Shown here in pieces: positions 28,301-41,053 of a stretch of DNA of 64,000 nt. The notes under the pieces are model-generated. The model saw only the letters and a list, made by a program, of their open reading frames with translations. It was not told the origin of the DNA and searched no databases. The stretch comes from Pavona decussata (Eukaryota), in the NCBI GenBank assembly GCA_977016875.1, contig CDRNST010000027.1:2976001-3040000 (forward strand), given 5' to 3'. Numbering within the stretch: position 1 is the first letter of the stretch; each line of letters begins with the position of its first letter. The translations under genes were made by a program, and so were the position numbers.

Positions 28301-29329
28301 TCAATTTTACGAGCATTAGCTTATTGCCTTGGGAAAGATATCAAAATTGGGAAGAACTCGTAACATTGTGCTATTTAAATCCATGAGCAATATCAAAAGG
28401 TGCCTCTTGAGTGAAGAGCCCCGTTGTTTTGTCCAGGAGTGTATTAATATTCACATGAATTGCAAAACGCAGAAACAGTTAAAGGTCAAGTTTTATTTTG
28501 CTGCACTCATTCGAAGCGGAAATGGGGAACTATTTATAGTATTCTAGGTCTTAGGGGTTCCTTAGCTCGATTTAGTACAATGAAAGACAAAGCGCATAAA
28601 AACAGATGCCTGCGTGATTACTACATCTTATCACTTGATCTGTTGCAAGACTATGATGACGTCACTTACTGAGTCCGCAGCTACGTCACAAAAGCCATGA
28701 AGTGCCCACCTTTTTATCAAAGCAGTTATAACAAAGCATTGCTATTCAAACGTCTTCACTTTGGCCCTTTTTCATCTGGGCTTCTTTTAAATTTTAAGCT
28801 ATTGAGAATTGCTGAGAGACTGACAACAAAATGAACAACAGAAGTTATATTGTCTTCTGAAGGTTAGTCTGTCTGTACAGTTCCACCCTAACCCTCCCCC
28901 CCCCCCCCCCCTTGTTCCTAAATAGATTTCAGGGAAAACTCTCTACAGCGACCACTGTAACGTAGACAGAATTTAATGGCCTTGCGTTGAGATTTTTTTA
29001 TTTCTACTTTTTCAATTTTTATTTGAATGTGAGGAAGCGGCCATGGAAACAGAGATCATCAGATCATCGTTTAGATCGAAAGTGTAAAACGCTAACAACA
29101 GCGGCCAGAGAACGAATTAAGACTCAAGATTGAAACAATTTGTCCTCAACCAAGACAAACATCGATCAGATTCCACTGACAACGTTTTTACAAAGGATCA
29201 CGACATCGAATTCAGTTGGCTAATGATTCGCCGGTTTCAAGTTCTTTTGTTTGGCGTTTTTAAATTCATAATTAATTGGTTCTGGAAAAATTTAGTTGTT
29301 TGTTTATTTGGCGAGGCTTATTAGTAAGA

Positions 29330-29539
29330 CTTAGGTTCAGTCACAAATTACAAGATTGGATGTACTAATACTGAAGTGCAAGCCAAGAGGACGAAAAAAG
29401 AGGAAAAAGCACGCAAAGAGAAAACTTTAGAAGAGTTGTCTTAGGTTCAGTCACAAATTACAAGATTGAATATACTAATATAAGTGCAAGTCAAGAGGAC
29501 GAAAAAAGAGGAAAAAGCACGCAAAGAGAAAACTTTAGA
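29330..29539. repeat. Tandem duplication of ~110 bp
   Basis: cttaggttcagtcacaaattacaagattg at 29330 and 29440. Confidence 0.9.
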
Positions 29540-30219
29540 TATTGAACTAGTAAAAATTAAAACACGCTACTGTAACTGACAGACGTGCCAGTTTATATTT
29601 TAAAGCCAAATCAATCAGTTTCTTCGTTAACACTCGTTCTTTGGCGCTTGTCACCTGCTGTAGATCTTTGCCTTCAGTTCATGTTGATTCATTGCTGAAT
29701 TCATGCTTGAGCATCCAGTAACGAAGCGCCTTCCTTCTGTAAAAGTTTTCGATGTGCACTAGACAGGTGGATGTTTCCAGTTAGGATTAGGATTAGAGTT
29801 AGGGTCTAGAGTCATGCTTAAAACAGTGAGGTGCGGAGTTTGGTACCGTTAGAAAACAACAACAATTCTCTTAAGAGGCAATCTCAACAAAACGAAAGCG
29901 AGGCCTGCTTGCTTTCTAGCTGTCTTAAACGGAGACTTGTTTTTGTGTCTTGTTTGTTTGTTCGTTTGTTATTGCGACTTACAATAGTGGCGGCGGGGAA
30001 GGGGGGGGGGGGGGGTTGTTACGAAAATGGACATCTGATATTGGGCTGAGAAGGTTCCCTCCCTTTCGTCAGGTCCTCATGAAAGCAACAAATCAAACCG
30101 TGCTATAGAAGAGAGTTGCTGCGTTGCAGATTTTGAGGGATGCGACCGAGTGATCTTGAACTAGAAGGGTCCCTTATTTTGCATCAATGAAAAGAAAAGT
30201 GAACGAACTGTTTAATTGA

Positions 30220-30225
30220 TTTATT
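30220..30225 (-). promoter_or_regulatory. Candidate polyadenylation signal of the RRM gene
   Basis: AATAAA on the minus strand followed by a U/GU-rich tract, ~1 kb past the stop codon. Confidence 0.45.
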
Positions 30226-30419
30226 TTAAGTCAAAACAATGAATATACTGCATAAGATTAAAATTAAACGTTGAACATTTTACAACACTGGGAAATACAT
30301 TGGGCCAGTGTGCGCGAAAAACTACACTGAATCACTTGATAGAAAATTAATCAGGTTTGAAAAAATCCTTCTCGGGCCCGAAAACCCTTCGGGAGTTCCA
30401 GAGAAACGGACCCTTTTAG

Positions 30420-30523
30420 CCGAGTTGTTCGAAGCACAATTTTACGATGACAACGTATTCAGTAGTTGTGTTCATAGTTAACCCAGGATAAGTCGGCTAA
30501 TCGGGCTTTGAACAACTCGGCCC
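30420..30523. mobile_element. Short MITE in the putative 3' UTR
   Basis: gccgagttgttcgaagc ... gctttgaacaactcggc TIRs. Confidence 0.6.
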
Positions 30524-31207
30524 TGACTGACTATTTCTATAGCATAAGCCTGTGTTAGACTTATATTATCAACTTAGCAGCAACAATGGTTTTAAATTAA
30601 GAAAGGCTCCTACTTAAACTATGTGCATGAGTTACCAGTACCTTATTAGGTCATTTGCTTTGAGTAAAACGTATAGGCATCTGTGGTATGTCCTTTTTTG
30701 GAAAACTGGTTGTGTAACTGTAGGTTTTGATGACGGTAAAATGAGGTAATGCGACCACGTATTGATGAGGAGGACCTTACAGATCTTTTAGACATGTAAA
30801 GTAAAACCTGCGATGAAAAATAACTAGCTGCAGAAGCTGAGCTATCGTTCTGAATAAATTGTTTTTTGTACAGTAATGTTCTTTATCAAAGTGGGGCTTT
30901 TATACAGTGTTTCCGTTATGCACGGTCGGGGGCCTAACGCGCTGCCATATTTTTACTCGCTGTGGAGCGTATTCGGGAACTCTAGTTTTGTTTTGAAATG
31001 CTGTCGTATCCTATAACGGTGTATGTCTGTGTGCTTGTAACATATAAATACAATGCTGTTATATTATTGGGACGACACTATGTGCCTGAAGATGACATCT
31101 ACATATATTACTAACAGCTCTCAACATTTACTATTGTCTACAAATGTCTTAATTATCTTAGTGTTAATTTAAGGCTCAAAGTGAAAATGTGTTTGTCTGA
31201 TGCGAAG

Positions 31208-32017
31208 TTAATAGTAAGTTATTGGCATTGGGTACGGTTTGCCAGCTTGAATGCCACAATTGGCATTTACATTCAGCCCGGCTGATACCAATGGTGTTTG
31301 AGAATAGCTTTGATTCAAGCTGATTTGACCACAGGATACTGCTCCTTGATCCACGTACCATACAGGAACAGTGTAGACATACCTTGGACTGGTGGGTATC
31401 ATCTTTGTTGGATGAGTAAAAGCTTGGGAGAACTGTGGTTGACAGTGTGCGGCATTGATGGCAAGGCCTTCTGGTGGAGTAGGCACATGGCCATCGTGAG
31501 GCATGTAGGTCACAAGGTTAACAGACCCTTGGTGATTCAGGAAGTTTGGGCCAAATGAGGCTGTGTTGCAGCCTGGTGATGAATATTGCTGGATGGTTCT
31601 CGGGTAGTAGTCCATGGTGTTTGTTGGTGGCAAAGCAGGACTGACGGTCTGTATGCCTCCGACAGTCGCAGGCTTCAGGCCAACTGCTGGTGAGATTATC
31701 ATCGCTTGAGATGAGGCAGCATGAACTGAATGGACTGAATCGTACGCGAAATTTCCGCGGAAACTTGGAGAAATGCGCTGTTCTTCAACATCCCATTCTG
31801 TTGAATTCACCATGCTGAAACTTTGCTCAGAACTTGTCGGAGAAGGCGGGACACTGGGGCATTTTGCATCAATTGTACTTTCTTGTTGAGGTAACTCTTT
31901 TGGGGTCTTTGGCTTTGCACCAATGTACGCGAGGTCCACATTGGCGCGCCTTCCATCAATTATTGGCCTTTTGTTTATACAGGCTCTTTCCGCTCCTTCC
32001 TTTGTAGCCATGGTAAC
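31208..32017 (-). CDS. RBM24: RBM24/RBM38-like RNA-binding protein, coding exon 2 (end of RRM plus Ser/Pro/Gln-rich tail)
   Basis: Acceptor AG at 32019-32018; [37 protein letters not shown] matches the family signature VTMAD..[28 protein letters not shown]; symbol denotes the family, orthology not established. Confidence 0.92.
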   Translation of the reverse strand, partial: VTMATKEGAERACINKRPIIDGRRANVDLAYIGAKPKTPKELPQQESTIDAKCPSVPPSPTSSEQSFSMVNSTEWDVEEQRISPSFRGNFAYDSVHSVHAASSQAMIISPAVGLKPATVGGIQTVSPALPPTNTMDYYPRTIQQYSSPGCNTASFGPNFLNHQGSVNLVTYMPHDGHVPTPPEGLAINAAHCQPQFSQAFTHPTKMIPTSPRYVYTVPVWYVDQGAVSCGQISLNQSYSQTPLVSAGLNVNANCGIQAGKPYPMPITYY

Positions 32018-32684
32018 CTTAAGACAGAAGGAGCAAAAATAAGAAACGAGAAATATCCGTCAAAATGTTTAGGGATTGGTGGGACGTTAACCATGGAGCC
32101 ATGTTCCAGCGTGAAATCAATTTCCAGAACATAGCTATTCTACCTGAATGTAATGCTTATCCATTGCCGTTTGCCCTCCGGCGACAATGTCACAATGAGA
32201 TCCTGCACTCTAAGACCTGTTATAGTACAAAACCGTATGGAAGTTTGTATGCCACAGATGCTGAATACTGACTCCCGCATGACCATGATCCTATCAGGAG
32301 ATGATGGCTTTATCTTGCACGTATTTTGATCGGCTCAGTAGATGGCATCTTTGCCTTCAGTCTAACAAGCGCCTACTACTAATTGTATTATATTATGATC
32401 ACCAGTTTTAATGGACTGAATCCAATATACCTTGTATCATCACTCAAATGTAAGCGGAAAGAGGGAGTGAGAGCTAGCTGTTGATCATGAAGAACCGATC
32501 TGAAACACAATTTGGTGTTTCAAAAGAACACTTTCAACTGATGACGAATCTCGCTGAATTGACGATGATTGGGCTTTTTTTCTGAATTCTTAATCTTTGG
32601 TGTTATAAGGAAAAACTGATTAGATGACAATCGCGTTTGGGATGATAGGAAATTAGTGATGAAAGGCTGAATTCAATAACTTAC

Positions 32685-32849
32685 AAATCCGTATCCTTTG
32701 GATCTCTGACTGCTTTTCTCACGGATGATCGCCGCTTCAACTATGTCATCAAACTGCATGAAGTACTGTTTCATTGTTTCATCATCAGTGTGATAAGGAA
32801 TGCCTCCTACGAACAACTTAGTGAACTTTGTATCGTCCTCGTCAGTCAT
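32685..32849 (-). CDS. RBM24: RBM24/RBM38-like RNA-binding protein, coding exon 1 (55 codons; 324 aa in total)
   Basis: MTDEDDTKFTKLFVGGIPYHT...SKGYGF carries RNP2 and RNP1; phase-0 donor GTAAGT at 32684; acceptor CAG at 32861-32859 just upstream of the ATG. Confidence 0.92.
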
Positions 32850-35465
32850 CTTGAATACCTGTACAACGGAAATGTTTAAATTCACTATTTTTTAAAGTTT
32901 GTTCTGGGAAAAGAGTGCATGATAGGAGTTAAGGTGCAAATGTTTTTGCTCTGACCCTACAGGATGCCGGTTCACATTTATTTCCTTCACTGATTGGTAG
33001 TTTCATGTTAATTTGGACCGTTCTTCGCCATTTTGCCCCAGACGTAACTTCTAAAGGCTCCATCAAACAAGGAAACACTTTACTTCCGAAACATTACTTT
33101 CCCAAAATGCTGCTTCCTATACGCGTACTCTTGATACTTATTGCGAAAGCAAAACGTTTCTGGAAATTTCAAATTTCAATTGTTTTCTTTTGCTTAAGCA
33201 AAATATTTTGCTCTACCTCCAAACGTCGAGACTGCTAGCAAAGTATTGAGATTCACAAATGCTTCCTCAAGCGATGTGTCCCCGTTTCCGGGGTTACCAT
33301 TTAATCAAAGGATGGTAGGATCGTGGATATTGTTCGCTTGCACTATCGCAAGTAAAGTGTGTTTCTACATGATTGCAAAAGAAAGTGATATAGTTCTCCC
33401 TGCATGCATACCCTGGATAGTGGACTTGTTCGAATATAAACTACTATGGTATGACTGTTTTGATCCCACGATCAAAATATTTTGGTTTCCAAGTGATCGC
33501 GCGGGGGCAATTCGTAGACAATCGCGCCAGAAGATCGCAAACTGTGATCGGTTGCGAACGTCAGTGATTATGGAATTGCGGCGCCTGATTTTGCGTTTAC
33601 CTGCTATTGTTTGAGATTATAAGCATATATCGCTTAAATAATTTCCCTTCGAGATTTCTAACACAAATTTAACGTTTGAGGGGCCTTTGTAAAACCTTAA
33701 TCACTCCACCAAAGTAAAGCACTGCTCAATAACTTTCATCAGTTATATGATGACACTTCATTAGTAGTAGTAGTCACACTTTAGGGATTTTATCTTAGAA
33801 TCACTCTAAAGAACAGCACTACAAGAAAAAAAATCGCGACAGCTTTTGAACCTGAATATTAACAAACTGACATAGACGTACATAGCGTACACTTGGTCAG
33901 ACTTACAAAAAGAAGGACTCCAGGAAAAAAGGTACACATGATTATGAACTTACCACTCAAATCACGTTACCAATCGAATACGAATAAGCACGGCGTATGC
34001 TTGAAATTTTTTACTGAACCAAGACGGTTATTTGAAGACTGACCTAGTACGTGCAAAAATTTGAAGTCAATACATTGAGTTCAATTGGATTCCGGTTTAA
34101 TGTATCGTGAAGAGAGAGTTATGTCAAGTTAAAACCCAAACGAAAATTATCCAATAAATCCTAACCCTGTAGGCATTCATTGGATGTTTATTTAGACATT
34201 CAAGGTTTTAAGATTATGGATTATTGATATTCGGAAACTTTGTTAAAGCTTTGTCACCTTTATTCGGGGTGTGAAGTCAAACGGATTATTCCAAAAGTAA
34301 ATAGAGCGCTTACAAATTGCGGTATTAACTTTTCTGACCCTTTTCTCGTTTCTCTATTACAGCTGTCGTTAACGGTGACGTAAAAATTTGATAAATTAGT
34401 AATCCGCTTACAACGCCAAGTATAAAAAAATTAAAATTGAACCCGTTGCTGCCATATTGCCTAGCATAAAAGCTGTGCTGTGTTCAATATTATTTTTTGT
34501 TGTGTCTTAACAATGATTGATCACCGTATAAGCAACAAAGACAAACTTGAACTATTTTTGCTGTAATGAAAGTTTTGTTTGTATAAAGAATCTAATTTAA
34601 AGAGCAATTTCCTGCTGAGCAGTGATCGTAAGGAAAGCCGTACTTAAATTATGAAGACTTCTATGGTTAGTCAGCATAACGATTCGCACACAATTATTGA
34701 ACTTCTAAAGTGGCTCTTGGCCGGTAACGCATTCACTCCCAATACCTGACAGGCGTCAAGTTCCAATAAAGAAATAGCAACGCCATAGCATTGAGAAACA
34801 AACAGCACAATTTAATAAATGATATGACAGGCCGTTCAATAAAGTTAGAACCCCCTTGCACGGCATGATTAAAACTGTCACATTTAAATGTTTCATCAAA
34901 ATAATCGCAATTCGTAGTATACACAATTAATGAAGCAAGAGTTGATTCCGAAGTAAATATCAGGTTTACACACTTTCATGAAGAAAATAGGCCAATTAAA
35001 ATCCCTGTAGTTGGTACTGATAGAAGCGGGCTGTGAGTTCCAGTGAACTATAGAAAAGTAGTTACTTGTAACTTGTAGGCTTTTATGTATGTCGATTTGC
35101 AGCAGGTAATTTGAAACAAAAGGAATTAACATACGCCTGGCAATAAAGTATAAAATATCCTGACCTGACCTCAATCGTTTTGGCTTGTAGCAAAGATACG
35201 AGATAACTTCCTTGCAGAGGCTCTGTTAATTTACCGCAATATCAGTGCTCAGATAGCTTTAATGTGTGGAACAGTCTCCCAAGGGTAAAGTAAAATGAGC
35301 TCACGTTGTGAAAATTGTTATTTGTTTTCTAAGATTTACAGTAAACTTAGAGAGAAACCAATATAATTGTGGAAGTTAAACAAGACGATCTGTCGGGCCA
35401 TGCTGCCTTTTGAAGTTTCTCTTGTTCTGTATTCGTTATTGAAAATAAACGTTTTTGAATCTTAC

Positions 35466-35492
35466 CTTTTATGTTTCGTGGTTTTTCAAGTC
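35466..35492 (-). other. Candidate 27-nt non-coding 5' UTR exon of the RRM gene
   Basis: Acceptor ACTTTTTCTATTTTGCAG and donor AAG|GTAAGA; a further donor G|GTAAGT near 33953. Confidence 0.5.
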
Positions 35493-38400
35493 CTGCAAAA
35501 TAGAAAAAGTCGGATTAGTTTTAATTCTCAGAGCTAAACAGTGGATTGATGCAAAGAACTACAAGACTCTGCAGATCTATTGTTGCTTTGTTTGAATAGC
35601 ATGTTTATATACAATGATATACAATGCCTTGCTTAATTTAGAAGCAGCAGATGCATGCGATACAGTTTATGATAAAAATGTTTCCAAAGTTGGAAGTTTA
35701 AAAGTGTAAAATACCTTCAGGTTTTGAGTGAATAAAAAATTTTGTGACCAGAACTACAAATTCTCGAATGATTTCCAAATTCCCACGTGAATGTTGCCCA
35801 ATTCGTTCGTCTTAAATAAAGCCTTATAATGATGATAAATTGAAGGCGGTGTAATTTTATGTTTTATCCTTTTAGGCAAAAATTACAGGAATGTTTTTAC
35901 TACGTACACGAGAAATAACTAATCGCTGCACTTAGACAGTCTAGACAGAAGAATGAACCTTTTCGATTTCACCATTGATAACGAAATGTTCAAGAAAGGT
36001 CTACATGTGGGCGCACGTGCAAGCACTTCATTTGGGAAAACTGCCAGAACTTCATACTAAATGAAAATGCTTTTAAGTGCTGTTTATCTGTAACAATTCT
36101 GAAGAACTGTTTTTTTCTGTGATAAAATTGATTATTATCTTTCTTTCCTGTACGTTTTGCACGAAAAAAAGTTGTAGAGTATTTCTTCCCGCATTTTCCT
36201 TGCAAAATACTGCACTCCCCCGCCCCCAACTCCCCAGTTCGAGGAATATATAGCTTCATTTGTGGGTACTTTTCTTCAACAAAAACGCAAACATCAACTT
36301 ATCGCCTTTCTTCAATAATGAACCGTGCAGATGAAAAGAGACTCCTAAAGTGTTATTCGAAGAAATAACTGCTTGGGTCGGTTTGTATCTTCAAGATGGT
36401 GACTACGCAAAGTCACTGGGTCTTTTTTTCTGAGCAAAACGACGGGAAAACTAAAGTTCTATAGTGTTTTTTCTGTAATAACATGGTTCATTACCAAGGA
36501 AAAGTGATTGTGAAAAGTTTAGCTGGTAAAAGCAAATATTCAAAATAAATTGCAACAAGGGTAAATCTGGTCAAAAAATTCTTGCCCGTTTCGTGAGACT
36601 TATTTAAGCCTTATCTGCTATTGATAACTGTGTTAGGCTAATAACAATATTTTTATTTCTTGTTTCTTGGAAAGAATGTTAGCCGTTTGAGAAGCAGTGG
36701 TATGAGGCACGAGGCATGGGGAACCGCTAAATAAATAATAATAAACAATTGAGATTCTAATTTATAAGACAATTAATTTAAAATCATTGAGCAAATTACG
36801 TGTTTAACCCCATTCACTGCCAGGAACCAAAGTCCAAAGCGATAAAACTTAACGTACTCTCCGGGTCGTGATCACAATACTTTGCAAAAAAAAAAAAAAC
36901 GTGTTTTCCATAAATAACGATAGTTTTTTTTTTTTTTCATTTTTGTGGAAAGGGGTTTTATTTGATTGTACTGACTATTTAACCTTTTCCAAACGATAGA
37001 CCGCATGCACAAATATTATCTTACAGCTTCTATTAGACAAAGTCGTATTAAACCGTAAAGAAAACAGTCTAAAACTCGTTATGTAAAACATCTGACTGTG
37101 TCTAAAATGCCTTAAAGTTGAACACATAACAACCACTCCCACAACGTGGTTGGCGTCTTACACTAAGACATTTCGCGTTACTGTATTTCAAGGGACGTCT
37201 GAGAAACGCACTTTTACTTTTTTACTTTGCATCTTATCCTATTAGAGAAAAGAAACCTAAGTACCACAACTAAAAGATTAACAAATTAGTTTCCCGGCAA
37301 TCCGAAACTAAAAAAATATCATGGACCATCTTGATATGTGAATCCACACGATTATGTGAAACGATAAGGTTTCAACCTAGAACGTCCTTTTGAACTGTTG
37401 AGGGGTTTTAAAAGATGGTATTTTACGGTAACGGAAACGTAACCTGTAAAAGGCCCAGTAAGATCTACATTTTCGACCAATAAATGAAGTTATTGTTTAC
37501 TGCTAAATGATGCCAGTGAGGGTAACTTTTTCGTCCAAACGCCAGTGAATTGTTAGCTAGACATCGCACAAGTTGAACTTCTCATCCTTTAAGCCGGAAT
37601 TTGTAACGGGAAACCGTCAAATTTATACCTCCAACAGATTTAACACTCTCTTGTTAGGAAATGCTACAGGAAGGAAGCAAGTTGGAGTTAAGTGTGGAGA
37701 TTTTTACTTAAGGTTTATGTTTATTGCATAAAAACGTGCGATGACTCAGGTAATTAACATTAACCCAATTAACTTTCGAATTTGGCGTCTCTGTGACACA
37801 AGTCGAACAAGAACAGGATAATTGATAAGCTTAAAAGAACACGTATCAGTGTAGTCAAGGCGGATGTTCATCAAGGTTTGGGATCCGTTTGTTCAGAGTA
37901 TATTTTCCTTTCGTTTGTTTTTTGTGGACGTCCCTAGACCATGAACGCATTGACTCACTTAAAATAGGTTGAAAATAATCTTTCAATCAGTGTATCGAGT
38001 GATATCGGGAAGAAATTGCGGTTCAATATAGGAGAAAATCATTCTTTCACGACGCAGTGATTCTTTTATGGATAATATTTAATTACAGTGAGTCAGCTAA
38101 GAGTTCACTTACGTCATCCATATAATGTAAAAGCATAAAATTGATTTACGAAAATTGCACTCTTCTTCACAGGTTTGGAGTATGAACTCGTGAACCCCGC
38201 TGAATCTGACAAGGTTTGCTTTGGTTTATATACATTTAGTCTTCTTTTAAGCATAATTTTCATTCATAAAAAGATTATACCTGAAAGTGACATTTCACAA
38301 TTTTGGTCTTTTAAACAGAACGATTTTAGCCTTAGTGAACTCTGATAACCGAGTCAGGACAATATATACAAACAGTATCACTTATATCACAAGTCTAGCT

Positions 38401-39730
38401 AAGTAGCAAACGATTGAACATATTGTATGCAGCTCGTTAAAGGTTTTATCTTGTTGTCGAATACACTGTTTGTTATTACAGCGAAAATTATGATACGGTG
38501 CGAATTACAAATGGCTTTTTTTAGTAACTCTTCTAGTTATTTCTAACGCTATCCTCTAATGTATATTGGAAACCGCAGCCTTAGTGACATTTTAGCCAAA
38601 GCTGATTCCAGTAAGAGCGCATGAGTGCATGAAATGTTTGGTATTTGTTCAAGGCAGAATTCTTTGTCAAAATCATAAGACACCTTTGGCCGGCTACACT
38701 GATATCCGTGATATCATGTAGTCAGTTTACAATTATACCAGATCATTTAGTTATATTTAACGTTAGTTCTAGAATAGTTGTCGCTTATGGTTAACAGTCT
38801 CAGTACTTTTTCTGAGTATGTCAAGGTTTCATTTACTTTGTACACCATCATTTGCGGGTGCTAAATAACACTTGAAACTGTTAAAAATAACGACAAATAT
38901 CAAGCTACTCATTATTCATCCCTGGTATGTATACTTCACTGGGGTATTGCTGATAAGCGTTGCCAGACCATTCAGTTGTACAATGGAAAAGCACTTACTT
39001 ACGTCAACTAATCTCGAAAAAGATTTTAGTCCAATCTAAATTTGGTGGTTTAAAATTAGACAGGGTCAAACATTTGGGCTCGTATGTTCAGATTTGTCAG
39101 TTACTTCCGTGGTAAGTGCAGACTTTCCTACGAGGGTGCCTAACAATTGCGCTACTGAGTAACAATAAGGGAAACGTTCAGACCAATACTGGCTTCCGAC
39201 TTAGCACATGCAAATTAAGAAATGCTGCATGGTAATCTTGTCGTGTGTGTAATAATAATCCATATGTCAGTCAGCTAAGTCACGTGTTGAGGCGATATTA
39301 AGTTTCATGATATTATGAACTGAGCAGTAAAGCGAAAAATTTCCGGCCTGATATTTTTTTATTTGCATATTGTAGCAGTCTTGTTTGAATCTCTAAAGTA
39401 ACGTGTTTCCTTCATGTTTTTTGCTTTGGTTTTGCTTAACCACGCAATGGCATTGGAAGAAAGATTTCGCGCCATTTTTATCAGCGGATTAGGCAGCACA
39501 CACAAACTCCAATCGTGACTTGCTTGCACGTATTAATTTTCCAGCGCTTGACGGCTTTTGCGTGTATTTGCTTCGAGCTCTGATTGGTTCATTGTGTGTT
39601 TTTACGGTTGTTGTGACTTGTAGAGTAATTAATTTTAAGAGGTTCGTTTATTGGGTCACATTTTTCCGTTTAAAATGGATCCAGAATTGACTCCTGAAGA
39701 CGCCTTAATGCACGATGAATGAAGTCAAAA

Positions 39731-39930
39731 AATCACGCTCAACAAACTTCGAAAAATTATCGAAAACGCTCGCTTGACTTCGGGCGACATTTGTAAAATC
39801 TTCGCCGGAAACCTGATAAACTGTCCGAAATTATCACTCTCAACAAACTTCGAAAAATTATCGAAAACGCTCGCATGACTTCGGGCGACATTTGTGAAAT
39901 CTTCGCCGGAAACCGGATAAACTGTCGGAA
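39731..39930. repeat. Tandem duplication of ~101 bp
   Basis: atcac[g/t]ctcaacaaacttcgaaaaattatcgaaaacgctcgc at ~39732 and ~39833. Confidence 0.9.
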
Positions 39931-40287
39931 ATATTTTGACAATCATCCGCAAACTTGTTTAGCAATCAGTAAAGCGTGAATATTGAATACAATAGTACTG
40001 GGTGTGTTTGGATATAAATGTTTTTTCTCGTGTCCAAGTTGACTTTTGAAGCGAAATTATATATTTTAGCGCGTAAATTATTCTCGTTCATGTATTATTC
40101 CTGTTGCCCGCTGCTTGCAGGCGCTTCGCAAAGTACATTTAAGAAAATGGTAACTGAATACATGTAGATCATGATAGCTCTCAGGAATTCCGTGTCACTG
40201 TGTACTTTGTTTTTATTTATTCTATGTTACTCGGTAACAAGAATTTCCTGTTTTTTTGTGGCCATTTTAATGGCCTTAGCTCCCACG

Positions 40288-40403
40288 AGTCTCCTGTTGT
40301 TCAGTGGTAGAGCATCCGAACTAGCAATCGGCCGGAAGGTCTTAGGCTTGACTTCTGATAGGAGCACTCGGATTTCTTTTTTCTCGAGTATGCCTGTGTC
40401 ACT
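40288..40403 (+). mobile_element. Decayed tRNA-derived SINE
   Basis: A-box-like tgttcagtggtagagc and B-box-like ggcttgacttc followed by a non-tRNA tail; no intact cloverleaf. Confidence 0.6.
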
Positions 40404-40501
40404 TTCTAGAACTTTCTAGAATAATACATCATTCTCAAGAATTTTCTGTTCTCTTTTCACTTCAGAGCAAGCTGAGAAAATAGGAAAAAGCAACGAAGGA
40501 C

Positions 40502-41053
40502 ATGCAACGAAAGAAAGTGCAACTCAAGCCTGCAAGAGGCGCGGAGGTACAAACGAAGGGCATTGACCTGCATGATCATCACACAAAATCACAGGAGTAT
40601 CTTCGCAAGCCACGCTTTAGACGAGGCGAGGGAAGCAAGAGTAGTCCAACGACAACAAGAGCACGACTCAAAACTCCAGCACTAAACCTAAGATCGCGAT
40701 CGGAGGGAAACCTTATTGCGGCACAACTTGTCGATCTCGAAAGTGGGCGGGAAGTTGACATTCAGCATGAAAAGACTTTGCAACTCCCAAAATTAGGAAA
40801 GGATTTAGCGCCATCAAATGCTCCCCTTGATCATGAACTTCAACAAAAGAAGAGCCCTACAGAAGAGAAGGAAACTTCAAGTAGCAGAAGCGACATTAAA
40901 TCAGGAAGATTTGCAGTACTGCGCTATAACGAACATAGAAGAATGTTCAAAGAGCACGTACAAAAAGAGGAGAACGAATACCAAGCAGATAAGACCAAAC
41001 GCGACATTTTATTAAGGTGGTTAAGTGAACAGAATTTCTCAGATAACAGCTGA
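40502..41053 (+). CDS. Orphan Ser/Arg/Lys-rich protein, type A (183 aa)
   Basis: Strong acceptor ttttctgttctcttttcacttcag ending 40465; in-frame TAG upstream fixes the ATG; C-terminus HVQKEENEYQADKTKRDILLRWLSEQN; AATAAA at 41662. Confidence 0.82.
   Translation: MQRKKVQLKPARGAEVQTKGIDLHDHHTKSQEYLRKPRFRRGEGSKSSPTTTRARLKTPALNLRSRSEGNLIAAQLVDLESGREVDIQHEKTLQLPKLGKDLAPSNAPLDHELQQKKSPTEEKETSSSRSDIKSGRFAVLRYNEHRRMFKEHVQKEENEYQADKTKRDILLRWLSEQNFSDNS

Noticed and set aside
40288-40370. Possible tRNA gene
   Set aside because: A and B boxes are degenerate and there is no cloverleaf; better explained as a SINE head.
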